IMG/VR virus record: IMGVR_UViG_3300043409_000151
Location: 1-56,018 of that record
Strand: one strand, 5' to 3'
DNA from: a virus
Taxonomy: Duplodnaviria > Caudoviricetes
Length of the DNA stretch: 56,018 bases
Shown here: in pieces, positions 17,733 to 25,788 of the stretch
Layout of the letters: every line of letters starts with the position of its first letter
Numbering within the stretch: the stretch's first letter is position 1
Program-made: the position numbers and the translations under genes
Notes under the pieces: generated by a model
Database searches by the model: none
What the model was told of the DNA's origin: nothing
What the model saw: only the letters and a program-made list of their open reading frames with translations

Positions 17733-17990
17733 ATGGCGCTTGAGAAAGTTCAGATTGTTGACCGCATCGAAGTGGTCGAATCGGGTGTTGTGCAAGTTCG
17801 CACCAAGACCGCCATCAAAGAAGATGGCGTTGAAATCAGCAGCAAGTTCCACCGCCATGTCGTTGCCCCCGGCGATGATTACAGCGCCGAGGACACCCGT
17901 GTGCAGGCCATCTGTGCGGCGACGCACACTGCTGAAGTTGTTGCTGCGTATCAAGCTGCCCAAGAAGCTGCACGTCTCCCGCAGGAGTAA
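17733..17990 (+). CDS. Putative fibre chaperone
   Basis: MALEKVQIVDRIEV...VQVRTKT.IKEDGVEIS..FHRHVV.PGDD..AED..VQAIC; GGAG SD. Confidence 0.7.
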   Translation: MALEKVQIVDRIEVVESGVVQVRTKTAIKEDGVEISSKFHRHVVAPGDDYSAEDTRVQAICAATHTAEVVAAYQAAQEAARLPQE

Positions 17991-17996
17991 AGCCCG

Positions 17997-18284
17997 ATGG
18001 ATCAGACGATTGTCAACTGGCTGTTTGCAGGACTAGGTGCCACCCTTGGGTGGGTGCTGAAGGTCGTCTGGGATGCCATCAAAGAATTGAAGGCCGATAT
18101 GAAGCAGATCGAACGTGACCTCCCTGAAGTCTACGTCCGCAGGGACGACTTCAAAGTTGCAATGACTGACATCAAGGACGACTTCAAGGAGTTGAAGCAC
18201 GACATGAAAGACGGCTTCAACAAGATCGACAGCACCCTCGGGCTGCTGTTCAAAAAGCTCGAAACCAAACTTACCAAGGAGTAA
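17997..18284 (+). CDS. Membrane-anchored coiled-coil protein (lysis region)
   Basis: N-terminal hydrophobic segment, LPEVYVRRDDF motif, coiled coil. Confidence 0.65.
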   Translation: MDQTIVNWLFAGLGATLGWVLKVVWDAIKELKADMKQIERDLPEVYVRRDDFKVAMTDIKDDFKELKHDMKDGFNKIDSTLGLLFKKLETKLTKE

Positions 18285-18287
18285 ATC

Positions 18288-18473
18288 ATGCCCGGAATGA
18301 TGATGAAAAAAGACAAGCCCGCCGCCATGCCTATGGCCTACAAAAAAGGCGGTATGGTTAAGAAGCCCATGTCCTATGAAAAGGGCGGCATGGTACCTAA
18401 AGCAATGCACAAAATGCCTGACGGCAAGATGATGCCCGGTACCAAGCACGGCTCCAAAACTAAGGCCAAGTAA
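18288..18473 (+). CDS. Met/Lys-rich peptide with two YxKGGMV motifs
   Basis: AAGGAG SD; AYKKGGMV and SYEKGGMV; HKMPDGKMM tail. Confidence 0.75.
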   Translation: MPGMMMKKDKPAAMPMAYKKGGMVKKPMSYEKGGMVPKAMHKMPDGKMMPGTKHGSKTKAK

Positions 18474-18521
18474 CCCACGCGCTGCGGCGTTTGGGTCAAC
18501 CCGTTGGTTAAGTAGTACCAC

Positions 18522-18968
18522 ATGATTGCCGAAATTGCCGCAGCGAACGCTGCATTTAATGTCATCAAAGCAGCCCTTGCCAATGGCAAGGAGTTGTCTG
18601 CGCTCGGGTCAAGGGTCTTTGACTACTTTGACAACAAGGCGGTCATCCAAGAAAGAGCCACCAAGAAGGGCGGCGGCAGCGACATAGAAGAATTCATGGC
18701 GCTGGAGCAACTGAACGCTCAGGAGGTGGAGCTTCGTGAGCGCATGGTCTACGCTGGCCGTCCGGGGATGTGGAGTGATTGGCAGAAGTTCCAAGCCGCA
18801 GCGGCACGTAGACGCAGGGAAGCCAAAGAAGCAGCCGCCAGAGAAGCAAAGAGACGTCAGCGGCAGCTTGAGGACATGGCTGAGTACATAGCCATCGGAT
18901 TGGGAGTAATCGTCCTTGCTGGCCTTCTGGTCGGCGGCATCGTCCTTTACACGAAGCACTTGCGATGA
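18522..18968 (+). CDS. Hypothetical protein with a C-terminal TM helix
   Basis: Helical body; IAIGLGVIVLAGLLVGGIVLY TM; ATGA overlap with next gene. Confidence 0.7.
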   Translation: MIAEIAAANAAFNVIKAALANGKELSALGSRVFDYFDNKAVIQERATKKGGGSDIEEFMALEQLNAQEVELRERMVYAGRPGMWSDWQKFQAAAARRRREAKEAAAREAKRRQRQLEDMAEYIAIGLGVIVLAGLLVGGIVLYTKHLR

Positions 18969-19582
18969 GCGACGAAAAGCTGAACGCCAACACAACACTC
19001 GACAAGGTGCTCGGGTATGTGGACTCGCCGTTCAAGCTGTTCGCCATCCTCATCATGGGCGTGGTGGCCTTTGCTGGGTACTTCCTTTGGCAGAACCAAA
19101 CCTTCATGCTGGACGCATACAAGGAGTCCAAGAAACTGCCGGAGATCAACACCAGCCGCGCTGACGATGCAAGCTCTATGCTGTTCAAGCAAACCGGGGC
19201 GGCGGTAGTAGCGATCTTCAGGGTCAACCCGCTGTTCAACAGCCGGGTGCTGTACCGGGCCTACACCAAGGACGGGCGCGACAAGACGATTGAAGACATC
19301 GACGTGGGTCTGTTCAGCCAGAACTCATCCAACAACTCGGATGTCGTCAAGCTGATGACAAACGAGATTCCTTGCGGCGAGTACCGATACGCTCAATCCG
19401 AGGTAGGCTTGTGGTATATCGAGAAGGGCGTAAAATTTACCTGCCGGGTAAGTGTGCCGCCTGACTCGCATCGGTTTGTTGGACAGATCACGGTAGGTTG
19501 GGCCGAACCTCCTGTGGATATAGAGCAGGTCAAATTCATGCTGGAGATTGCCAGCACGATACTAACTAAAAGGGGTAACTGA
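18965..19582 (+). CDS. Single-TM protein with a periplasmic GAF-like domain (holin T-like?)
   Basis: TM near residues 25-42; C-terminal CRVSVPP...FVGQITVGW pattern; in lysis cassette. Confidence 0.5.
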   Translation: MSDEKLNANTTLDKVLGYVDSPFKLFAILIMGVVAFAGYFLWQNQTFMLDAYKESKKLPEINTSRADDASSMLFKQTGAAVVAIFRVNPLFNSRVLYRAYTKDGRDKTIEDIDVGLFSQNSSNNSDVVKLMTNEIPCGEYRYAQSEVGLWYIEKGVKFTCRVSVPPDSHRFVGQITVGWAEPPVDIEQVKFMLEIASTILTKRGN

Positions 19583-19583
19583 T

Positions 19584-20081
19584 ATGGATTGGCTCAAACA
19601 GATTGCACCGACTATCGCCACCGCAATGGGTGGCCCGCTTGCTGGTATGGCTGTGTCGGCCATCTCCAAAGCTATCGGGGTTGACCCGGACAAAGTTGGC
19701 GACATGATCTCCAACAACAAATTGTCAGCAGAGCAGATTGCACAGGTCAAGATTGCTGAGATCGAACTGCAAAAGCAGGCGCAAGAACTTGGCCTCAATT
19801 TTGAAAAGCTGGAGGTTGAAGACAGGAAGTCAGCACGGGAGATGCAGGCTACCACCCGCTCAATGATGCCGCCCATTCTGGCTGGCGCGGTCACGATAGG
19901 CTTCTTCGGCATCGTGACACTGATGTTTTTCAGCAAGATAGACGAAAACAATCCAGCCATCCTGATGATGCTTGGCTCACTCGGCACCGCATGGACGGGC
20001 ATCATCGCCTATTATTTTGGTAGCAGTGCTGGCTCACAAGCCAAGACCGACCTGCTCTCTAAATCGGGGCCAGCAAAATGA
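19584..20081 (+). CDS. Holin-like membrane protein
   Basis: APTIATAMGGPLAG, EVEDRKSAREMQ, two TMs, IIAYYFGSSAGS; directly upstream of the endolysin. Confidence 0.7.
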   Translation: MDWLKQIAPTIATAMGGPLAGMAVSAISKAIGVDPDKVGDMISNNKLSAEQIAQVKIAEIELQKQAQELGLNFEKLEVEDRKSAREMQATTRSMMPPILAGAVTIGFFGIVTLMFFSKIDENNPAILMMLGSLGTAWTGIIAYYFGSSAGSQAKTDLLSKSGPAK

Positions 20082-20542
20082 ACCTGACTGAAAACTTCAC
20101 GCTGTCCGAGATGACCAAAAGCGAAACCGCTTTGCGCCACGACATGGACAACTCGCCCGACCAGACGGCGATCAGCAACTTGCAGGCGCTGGCTGTACAT
20201 GTACTCCAACCTGTGCGTGACCACTACGGCAAGGGCGTGAAAGTCAACTCGGGCTTCCGCCATCCTGATGTCAACGCCAAGGTGGGTGGCTCCAAAACGT
20301 CTGACCACTGCAAAGGCATGGCAGCGGACATCGAAATCCCCGGTGTACCCAACGCAGAACTGGCCGAGTGGGTTCGCGGCAATCTCCCATTTACTCAGGT
20401 GATCCTTGAGTTCTATACTCAGGGTGTGCCGGACAGCGGCTGGGTGCATGTGTCGTATGACCCCGCAAACCTGAAGAAGCAGGCGCTGACTGCCGTCAAG
20501 CAAGACGGCAAAACGGTTTACCTACAAGGATTGGTTGCGTAA
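20078..20542 (+). CDS. Endolysin, peptidase M15A (Zn D,D-peptidase fold)
   Basis: LTENFTLSE, VNSGFR...NAKVGGSKTSDH..G.AAD, WVHVSY. Confidence 0.9.
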   Translation: MNLTENFTLSEMTKSETALRHDMDNSPDQTAISNLQALAVHVLQPVRDHYGKGVKVNSGFRHPDVNAKVGGSKTSDHCKGMAADIEIPGVPNAELAEWVRGNLPFTQVILEFYTQGVPDSGWVHVSYDPANLKKQALTAVKQDGKTVYLQGLVA

Positions 20543-22977
20543 TGGCTGGGATCAAGATCACAAACTTCCTCGGCAAGGCTCCCAAGGTTAGCCCGGAGTT
20601 GCTGCCGAACACGGCTGCGCAGATCGCACAGAACTGCAAGCTGTACTCAGGTGATCTGATTCCCTACCCACAACCTGTTGTGGTTGACAACACTGAGCGC
20701 ACTGGCGTGATCAAGACGCTGTACGCGCTGCGCAACCCGGCCAACCCGAACGATCTGAAGTGGCTCTCGTGGAACACTGAGGTCAGCATCGCGGTGGCCT
20801 CGGCCAACTTGCAAGACGAGCAGCGGTTCTACTACTCCGGCGACGGCTCGCCCAAGATCAGCAACTACGATCTGGCGACATCGGGCGCTGCCCCGTATCC
20901 GGTCGGGTACTACGATCTCGGTCTGCCCATACCGCTCACTTCGCAGGTGTTGACCACGGTCGCTGCGACGTTCACAACCAAGACCACCGCCAGCTTTGCA
21001 CGAGATGCGGGCAATACCGCCACCATCATCACCGGCACAGCGCACGGCCTGCGCACGGGCAACAGCATTACCATCTCAGGCTTCACGTTCCGCACGGGAA
21101 CCTACAATCAACCCGGCACCACGACCATCACGGTCACGCTCAACGGCCACGGGCTGGCGAACGGCGCGTCTGTCACGCTGGACTACACCTCCGGTACGGC
21201 AGTCGATGGCACGTTCGACATCGCCAACGTCACGGTCAACACGTTCGACATCACAGTCGCCACTGCGGCCACGACCAGCGGTAACGTCAACCTCAACATC
21301 CGCAGCTTCAACGCGACCAACGTGGAATGCACCGTGGTCAACACTACCACGCTCACCTACTTCAGTCCCGGTGTACAGATCACAACAACCGCTTACACGG
21401 ATGGCAACGTCGATCTCGGCGGGCTGACGCAGGCCCGCTCTTACGTCTTCACATGGTTCACACCGTGGGACGAGGAGTCCATCGCCTCCAAGCCATCGGA
21501 CAACCTGTACATCAAAGAGGGCATTCAGGTCACGGTCAGCGCCATCCCCACGGTCAAGCCTTCGGGCGACAACTTTGTGCGTGGTGTACGCCTGTACCGC
21601 ACGCTGGCGGCAGCTTCCGGCACTGAGTACTTCCGCCTCGCCACGCTCTGGTTCCCCACCGGGCTGACGACTGTGCAGCGCACGGCCAACGTCTCGCGGG
21701 TCACGCTGTTGTTTCCTCACAACTTGTCGGAGGAAGACCGCTTCAAAATCAGCGGTTGCACCGTGGCATCGTTCGACATCACAGGCGGCATCGTCACTGA
21801 TGTGATCGACGACTACACCTTCGAGTACGCGCAGGCGGCGGGGGACGTGGCTTCTACCGCTGTGGGTGCAGGCACCATGTTCCATGATGTCTCCGAGAAC
21901 CCACCCACGACTGCGGCCCGGTACTGGGGCGACGGCGGCAACTTCGATTTCCTCGACGACTTCGATTCGCGCAACTTGCTCGACGTGCTTGCCAGCGATG
22001 AGTACGACTCGCCGCCCGAAGACTTGCAGGGGTTGGTCACTGTCCAGAACAGCATCCTCGTGGGCTTCGTGGGTAACACGTTGTACTTCTCCGAACCCGG
22101 CCAGCCCAGCGCGTGGCCCAGTCGGTACGCCACCCCGGTGGGGGAGCAGATCGTTGCACTCGGGGCGATAGCCGGTTCCCTGCTGGTGTTGACCAAGGGT
22201 TATCCCTACATCGTTGCTGTGCGCGACCCGGCAGCGGGTGTGTCCGTTGACCGCATCGACGTGCTGTATCCCTGCCTGAGCGCCCAGAGTGTGGTCACGA
22301 TGGGCTACGGCATCGTCTGGTCTACCAACGACGGGCTGGCCGTGTACTCGCCCACCAGCGGCGCGGCGCTTGTCACCAAGGCGTTGTACAACAACGACAC
22401 GTGGACGGTGGATGTCAACCCCAACACGGTCGTGGCTGAATACTACGGTGAGAACTACCTTGCCTCGCACTCCACCGGCTCGTTCGTGTTTGAGCAGGAC
22501 GCCAAGGTGGGCGGCTTCTTTGTGGACACTGACCCGGTGTTCACTGCCTCGTGGTACGACACACAGACTGGCAAGCTGTACTACGTCTCCGGCACGCTGG
22601 GCGATGTCTACGAGTGGGACGATCTGAGTCAGCCCGCCCTGACAATGGAGTGGAAGTCCAAGGTCATCATCACCAAGGACATGCTCAACCTCGGCGCAGC
22701 CCGAGTGATTGCCGACTACAGCACCGTGACCAACACATGGGACACTGAGACGGTGCTGTGGAACTCTGCGCTGACCAACTGGAACAACGCCGATGAGATC
22801 ACGTTCTACCTCTGGGTGAACAAGCAGTTGATTTTCACCACCACGGTCAACGACGTGGATGGGTTCCGCCTGCCCACTGGGTATCGCACCGATACCTTCG
22901 AGGTGGGTGTCGAGGGTAACGTCCGGGTGCGAGCGATTCACTTGGCCGAAACCATGTTCGGCCTGCGGGAGGTGTAA
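20542..22977 (+). CDS. Tail nozzle/tail tubular B-like (DNA stabilisation) protein
   Basis: GKAPKVSPELLP..AAQIAQN N-terminus; LYFSEPGQPSAWP beta-propeller; LPTGY...FEV C-terminus. Confidence 0.75.
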   Translation: MAGIKITNFLGKAPKVSPELLPNTAAQIAQNCKLYSGDLIPYPQPVVVDNTERTGVIKTLYALRNPANPNDLKWLSWNTEVSIAVASANLQDEQRFYYSGDGSPKISNYDLATSGAAPYPVGYYDLGLPIPLTSQVLTTVAATFTTKTTASFARDAGNTATIITGTAHGLRTGNSITISGFTFRTGTYNQPGTTTITVTLNGHGLANGASVTLDYTSGTAVDGTFDIANVTVNTFDITVATAATTSGNVNLNIRSFNATNVECTVVNTTTLTYFSPGVQITTTAYTDGNVDLGGLTQARSYVFTWFTPWDEESIASKPSDNLYIKEGIQVTVSAIPTVKPSGDNFVRGVRLYRTLAAASGTEYFRLATLWFPTGLTTVQRTANVSRVTLLFPHNLSEEDRFKISGCTVASFDITGGIVTDVIDDYTFEYAQAAGDVASTAVGAGTMFHDVSENPPTTAARYWGDGGNFDFLDDFDSRNLLDVLASDEYDSPPEDLQGLVTVQNSILVGFVGNTLYFSEPGQPSAWPSRYATPVGEQIVALGAIAGSLLVLTKGYPYIVAVRDPAAGVSVDRIDVLYPCLSAQSVVTMGYGIVWSTNDGLAVYSPTSGAALVTKALYNNDTWTVDVNPNTVVAEYYGENYLASHSTGSFVFEQDAKVGGFFVDTDPVFTASWYDTQTGKLYYVSGTLGDVYEWDDLSQPALTMEWKSKVIITKDMLNLGAARVIADYSTVTNTWDTETVLWNSALTNWNNADEITFYLWVNKQLIFTTTVNDVDGFRLPTGYRTDTFEVGVEGNVRVRAIHLAETMFGLREV

Positions 22978-23336
22978 TGGCTATCCGACCACCACGATTT
23001 ACGGCGATCCCCAGCATCCCCCAACAGGGGCTGACGGACTGGCAGTTCAGCACGCTCAACGCCATGAAGGAGAACATCGAACTCCTGACCGGGGCCAGAG
23101 GTGCAAACGCTGCCTCTGCAACGGCGCTGACCCGAGGCTCTGTGACGGTGGCAAACCCACCGGCTCAGACAATGACACAAGTGACGGCTGTAGGAGCGGG
23201 GTTTACAATCAGTGGAACGAATGTACCCAGCCTCGACGATTATGTAAAACTTGTCGGCAACGTACAACAACTTGCCAACGATGTAGCCACTTTGCGCAGC
23301 GTAGTCAACGCGCTGATCAACCAACTGAAAGGGTAA
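22977..23336 (+). CDS. Hypothetical tail protein
   Basis: TAATG coupling; AMKENIELLTG; coiled-coil end. Confidence 0.7.
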   Translation: MAIRPPRFTAIPSIPQQGLTDWQFSTLNAMKENIELLTGARGANAASATALTRGSVTVANPPAQTMTQVTAVGAGFTISGTNVPSLDDYVKLVGNVQQLANDVATLRSVVNALINQLKG

Positions 23337-23340
23337 CTCC

Positions 23341-24171
23341 ATGAACAACCCCGGCATGACAAACCTCGATCTGCCCCCGGCGCTCGCCAGCATCTTGAGC
23401 ATGGGCAGCAGCGCCGCGCCCAGCGCACCTATGGGCGGCAACGCCCGTGCAGGACTGGCTTCCGGCATGATGGGGCAGCAGTCGTTCATCCCATCGTACC
23501 AAGCAGGCGGCATGATCGGCGAGGGCGGTATGCCTGACCAAGCAGGTATGGGCATGGGTATGGGCGCAGCCCCGTCGGGCAATGTCGGCCTGACCCCGCA
23601 GGGCCAGCCACAAGGCGGCGCGATGTCGCCGCAAATGATGGAGATGCAGATCAACCAGTTTGCAACCCAGCGCCCGCAGGAGTTGGCTCAGATCAAACAG
23701 GCCATCATGCAGGTGATGCAGACCGGCGAGTTGACCCAGCAAGAACTCAACATGATTGTCCAGTTGGCGACCGTGGCCGCGCAGAACCCGGAGATGTACT
23801 CCTACGTGCGCAACTTTGCCATTCAGCAGGGTATCGCCACCGAGCAAGACTTGCCCCCGGAGTACGACCAAGGGCTGGTTTTTGTGCTGCTCCTCGCCGC
23901 TCGTGCGATCCAAGCGGATGTGGGTGGGCAGAACATGATGCAAGGCGGTAGTCCTGCAATGGCCGGTGGCCCGGAGATCGCCGCATCCCAAGTGACCAGT
24001 GGTGCGATCCCCTCAATGGCCCGTGGTGGTATGACCCCTGACTCCAAAAAGGCTGACGGGTCTGTACTGATCAACGCACATGAAGGAGAATACGTCATCC
24101 CTAAGCGCGTGGTCGAAATGAAGGGCAAGGAGTTCTTCGACAGCTTGGTTGAGAAGTACAAGGACGCATGA
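23341..24171 (+). CDS. Putative internal virion protein with two xxGGM motifs and a GEYV domain
   Basis: SYQAGGMI, SMARGGMT, AHEGEYVIPKRVV; Gln/Met/Gly-rich; in ejection-gene block. Confidence 0.7.
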   Translation: MNNPGMTNLDLPPALASILSMGSSAAPSAPMGGNARAGLASGMMGQQSFIPSYQAGGMIGEGGMPDQAGMGMGMGAAPSGNVGLTPQGQPQGGAMSPQMMEMQINQFATQRPQELAQIKQAIMQVMQTGELTQQELNMIVQLATVAAQNPEMYSYVRNFAIQQGIATEQDLPPEYDQGLVFVLLLAARAIQADVGGQNMMQGGSPAMAGGPEIAASQVTSGAIPSMARGGMTPDSKKADGSVLINAHEGEYVIPKRVVEMKGKEFFDSLVEKYKDA

Positions 24172-24602
24172 TGCCAGCAATGACCATCGAGATGCTAACC
24201 CCGGAGCGTGTCACTGAATTGTGGCCCGTGCTGGAGCCGTATTTCGATGATGCCTGCAAGGGCAACGAGATCGCCAAGGATGAACTGGATGCCAAGGATA
24301 TTTATGTCCTCGCTGTCACCGGACTGGTGGCAGTCTTCGTCGGGTTCGAGGATGGTGAACCAGCATGTGTCATGGGTATCCAGTTCAACACCACCAACGG
24401 TAGGAAGGGCGCGGATGTGATGGCGCTTGCTGGTCGTGGTCTGATGCGGTTCAAAGCGGCGTACTGGCGCACAATTTTGGAATGGCTCAGGGCCAACGGG
24501 GTGCAGTTCCTCGATGCGTATGCACCCGAGCGTCTTGCAAAAATCTACATGAACCGCTTCGGGTTCAACAAATCATGTTCATACGTCCGTATGACGCTAT
24601 AG
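24168..24602 (+). CDS. GNAT-fold-like virion assembly protein
   Basis: Position before ejection genes as in podoviruses; WLRANG...YMNRFGF. Confidence 0.5.
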   Translation: MMPAMTIEMLTPERVTELWPVLEPYFDDACKGNEIAKDELDAKDIYVLAVTGLVAVFVGFEDGEPACVMGIQFNTTNGRKGADVMALAGRGLMRFKAAYWRTILEWLRANGVQFLDAYAPERLAKIYMNRFGFNKSCSYVRMTL

Positions 24603-24612
24603 GAGATCGAAA

Positions 24613-25776
24613 ATGAGTAAAGGTTTGAAGACAATTGTCAGTGTCGCTGCAATGATTGCCATCCCGTATTTCGCGCCGATGATTGCCGGTTCGGCTGCAC
24701 TCGCGGGTGTCAGTGCGACCATCGGTACGACGGCTACCTCTGCGCTTGTGGGCGCTGGACTGGGTGCAGCCAAGGGTGCCGTGCTCGGGGAGGACATCGG
24801 GCAGAGTGCGCTTATGGGCGGCATCGGCGGTGGCATCGGTGGATACACGGCGGCTCCTACCGCCGCAGGCACACCAGCACCAGTGTACGACGTTAACGCC
24901 GCAGGGCAAGTAGTCCCTGCCCCCGGATATGGTAGTCCTAGCCTTGGTACCACGGGTGCGGCTGGGGCTGGGGAACTGAGTATGACGGGTACTCCGGTGC
25001 GACCGTTTACAGAGTATTTTGGTGACGCCGCTGCTCCCGGCGCGGCTCCTGCTGCGGGACTGGATACCTCTGGTCTGTCTGGCGCGATGCCGGTGCCCGC
25101 AGCACAACTCCCCGCCGCTGGTACAACCGCAGCCGCAGGTACAACCGCAGCCGCTGGCACCGCTGGCGCTCCCCAGACTTACAGCGAAGCGCTCAGGGCC
25201 AAACTCACAAGCCCCGCCGGACGTGCCGATTTTACGCTCCGTGCTGCTGGTATGTTGGCTGGCTCCGCGCTGGCTGGCTCCGGTCTGTCGTCCGAGGAAG
25301 AAGCCCTGCTGTCGCAGCAGACCGAGGAGTTGCGTCAGTTGCAACAGACCAACCAAGCCCTGTTCAACCAACGGTTGGAGCAAGCGCAAAATCTCGCAGG
25401 TGAATCCAAGTATTTCGACCCCGAGTACTTCGGCCTGCAAAGCGCCCGCCGCGCCCAGACCCAAGGGGCCGTCGCAAAACGCGCTGGTCTGCGTGGTCTG
25501 ACAGGTGAGCGCCGCGAGTCCGAAGCCCGTCGGTTCGACATTGAGTCCGGTCGCCGCACAGGCACCGCATACGATACAGGCTTCCAGTCGGCGATCAGCC
25601 CGCGCCTCCAGACACAGCAGGCTGGACTCTCGCTAATGCCAACATCTGGCCCGTCGGTGAACTACAGTGGTTTGCAGAATGCGTACACCAGCGCCGCAAG
25701 ACGACAGCGCGAAACGCAGCAGGACATCGGCGACTTGTTCGGCACACTGACTTCTAACCCTCGCTCGCGTAACTGA
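24613..25776 (+). CDS. DNA ejection/pilot protein
   Basis: N-terminal Gly/Ala hydrophobic helices, Gln-rich coiled coil. Confidence 0.65.
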   Translation: MSKGLKTIVSVAAMIAIPYFAPMIAGSAALAGVSATIGTTATSALVGAGLGAAKGAVLGEDIGQSALMGGIGGGIGGYTAAPTAAGTPAPVYDVNAAGQVVPAPGYGSPSLGTTGAAGAGELSMTGTPVRPFTEYFGDAAAPGAAPAAGLDTSGLSGAMPVPAAQLPAAGTTAAAGTTAAAGTAGAPQTYSEALRAKLTSPAGRADFTLRAAGMLAGSALAGSGLSSEEEALLSQQTEELRQLQQTNQALFNQRLEQAQNLAGESKYFDPEYFGLQSARRAQTQGAVAKRAGLRGLTGERRESEARRFDIESGRRTGTAYDTGFQSAISPRLQTQQAGLSLMPTSGPSVNYSGLQNAYTSAARRQRETQQDIGDLFGTLTSNPRSRN

Positions 25777-25788
25777 TCGGAGATCGAC

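Noticed and set aside
21076-22941. 621-aa antisense ORF
   Set aside because: Shadow of the nozzle gene caused by GC-rich codon bias; no motifs or SD
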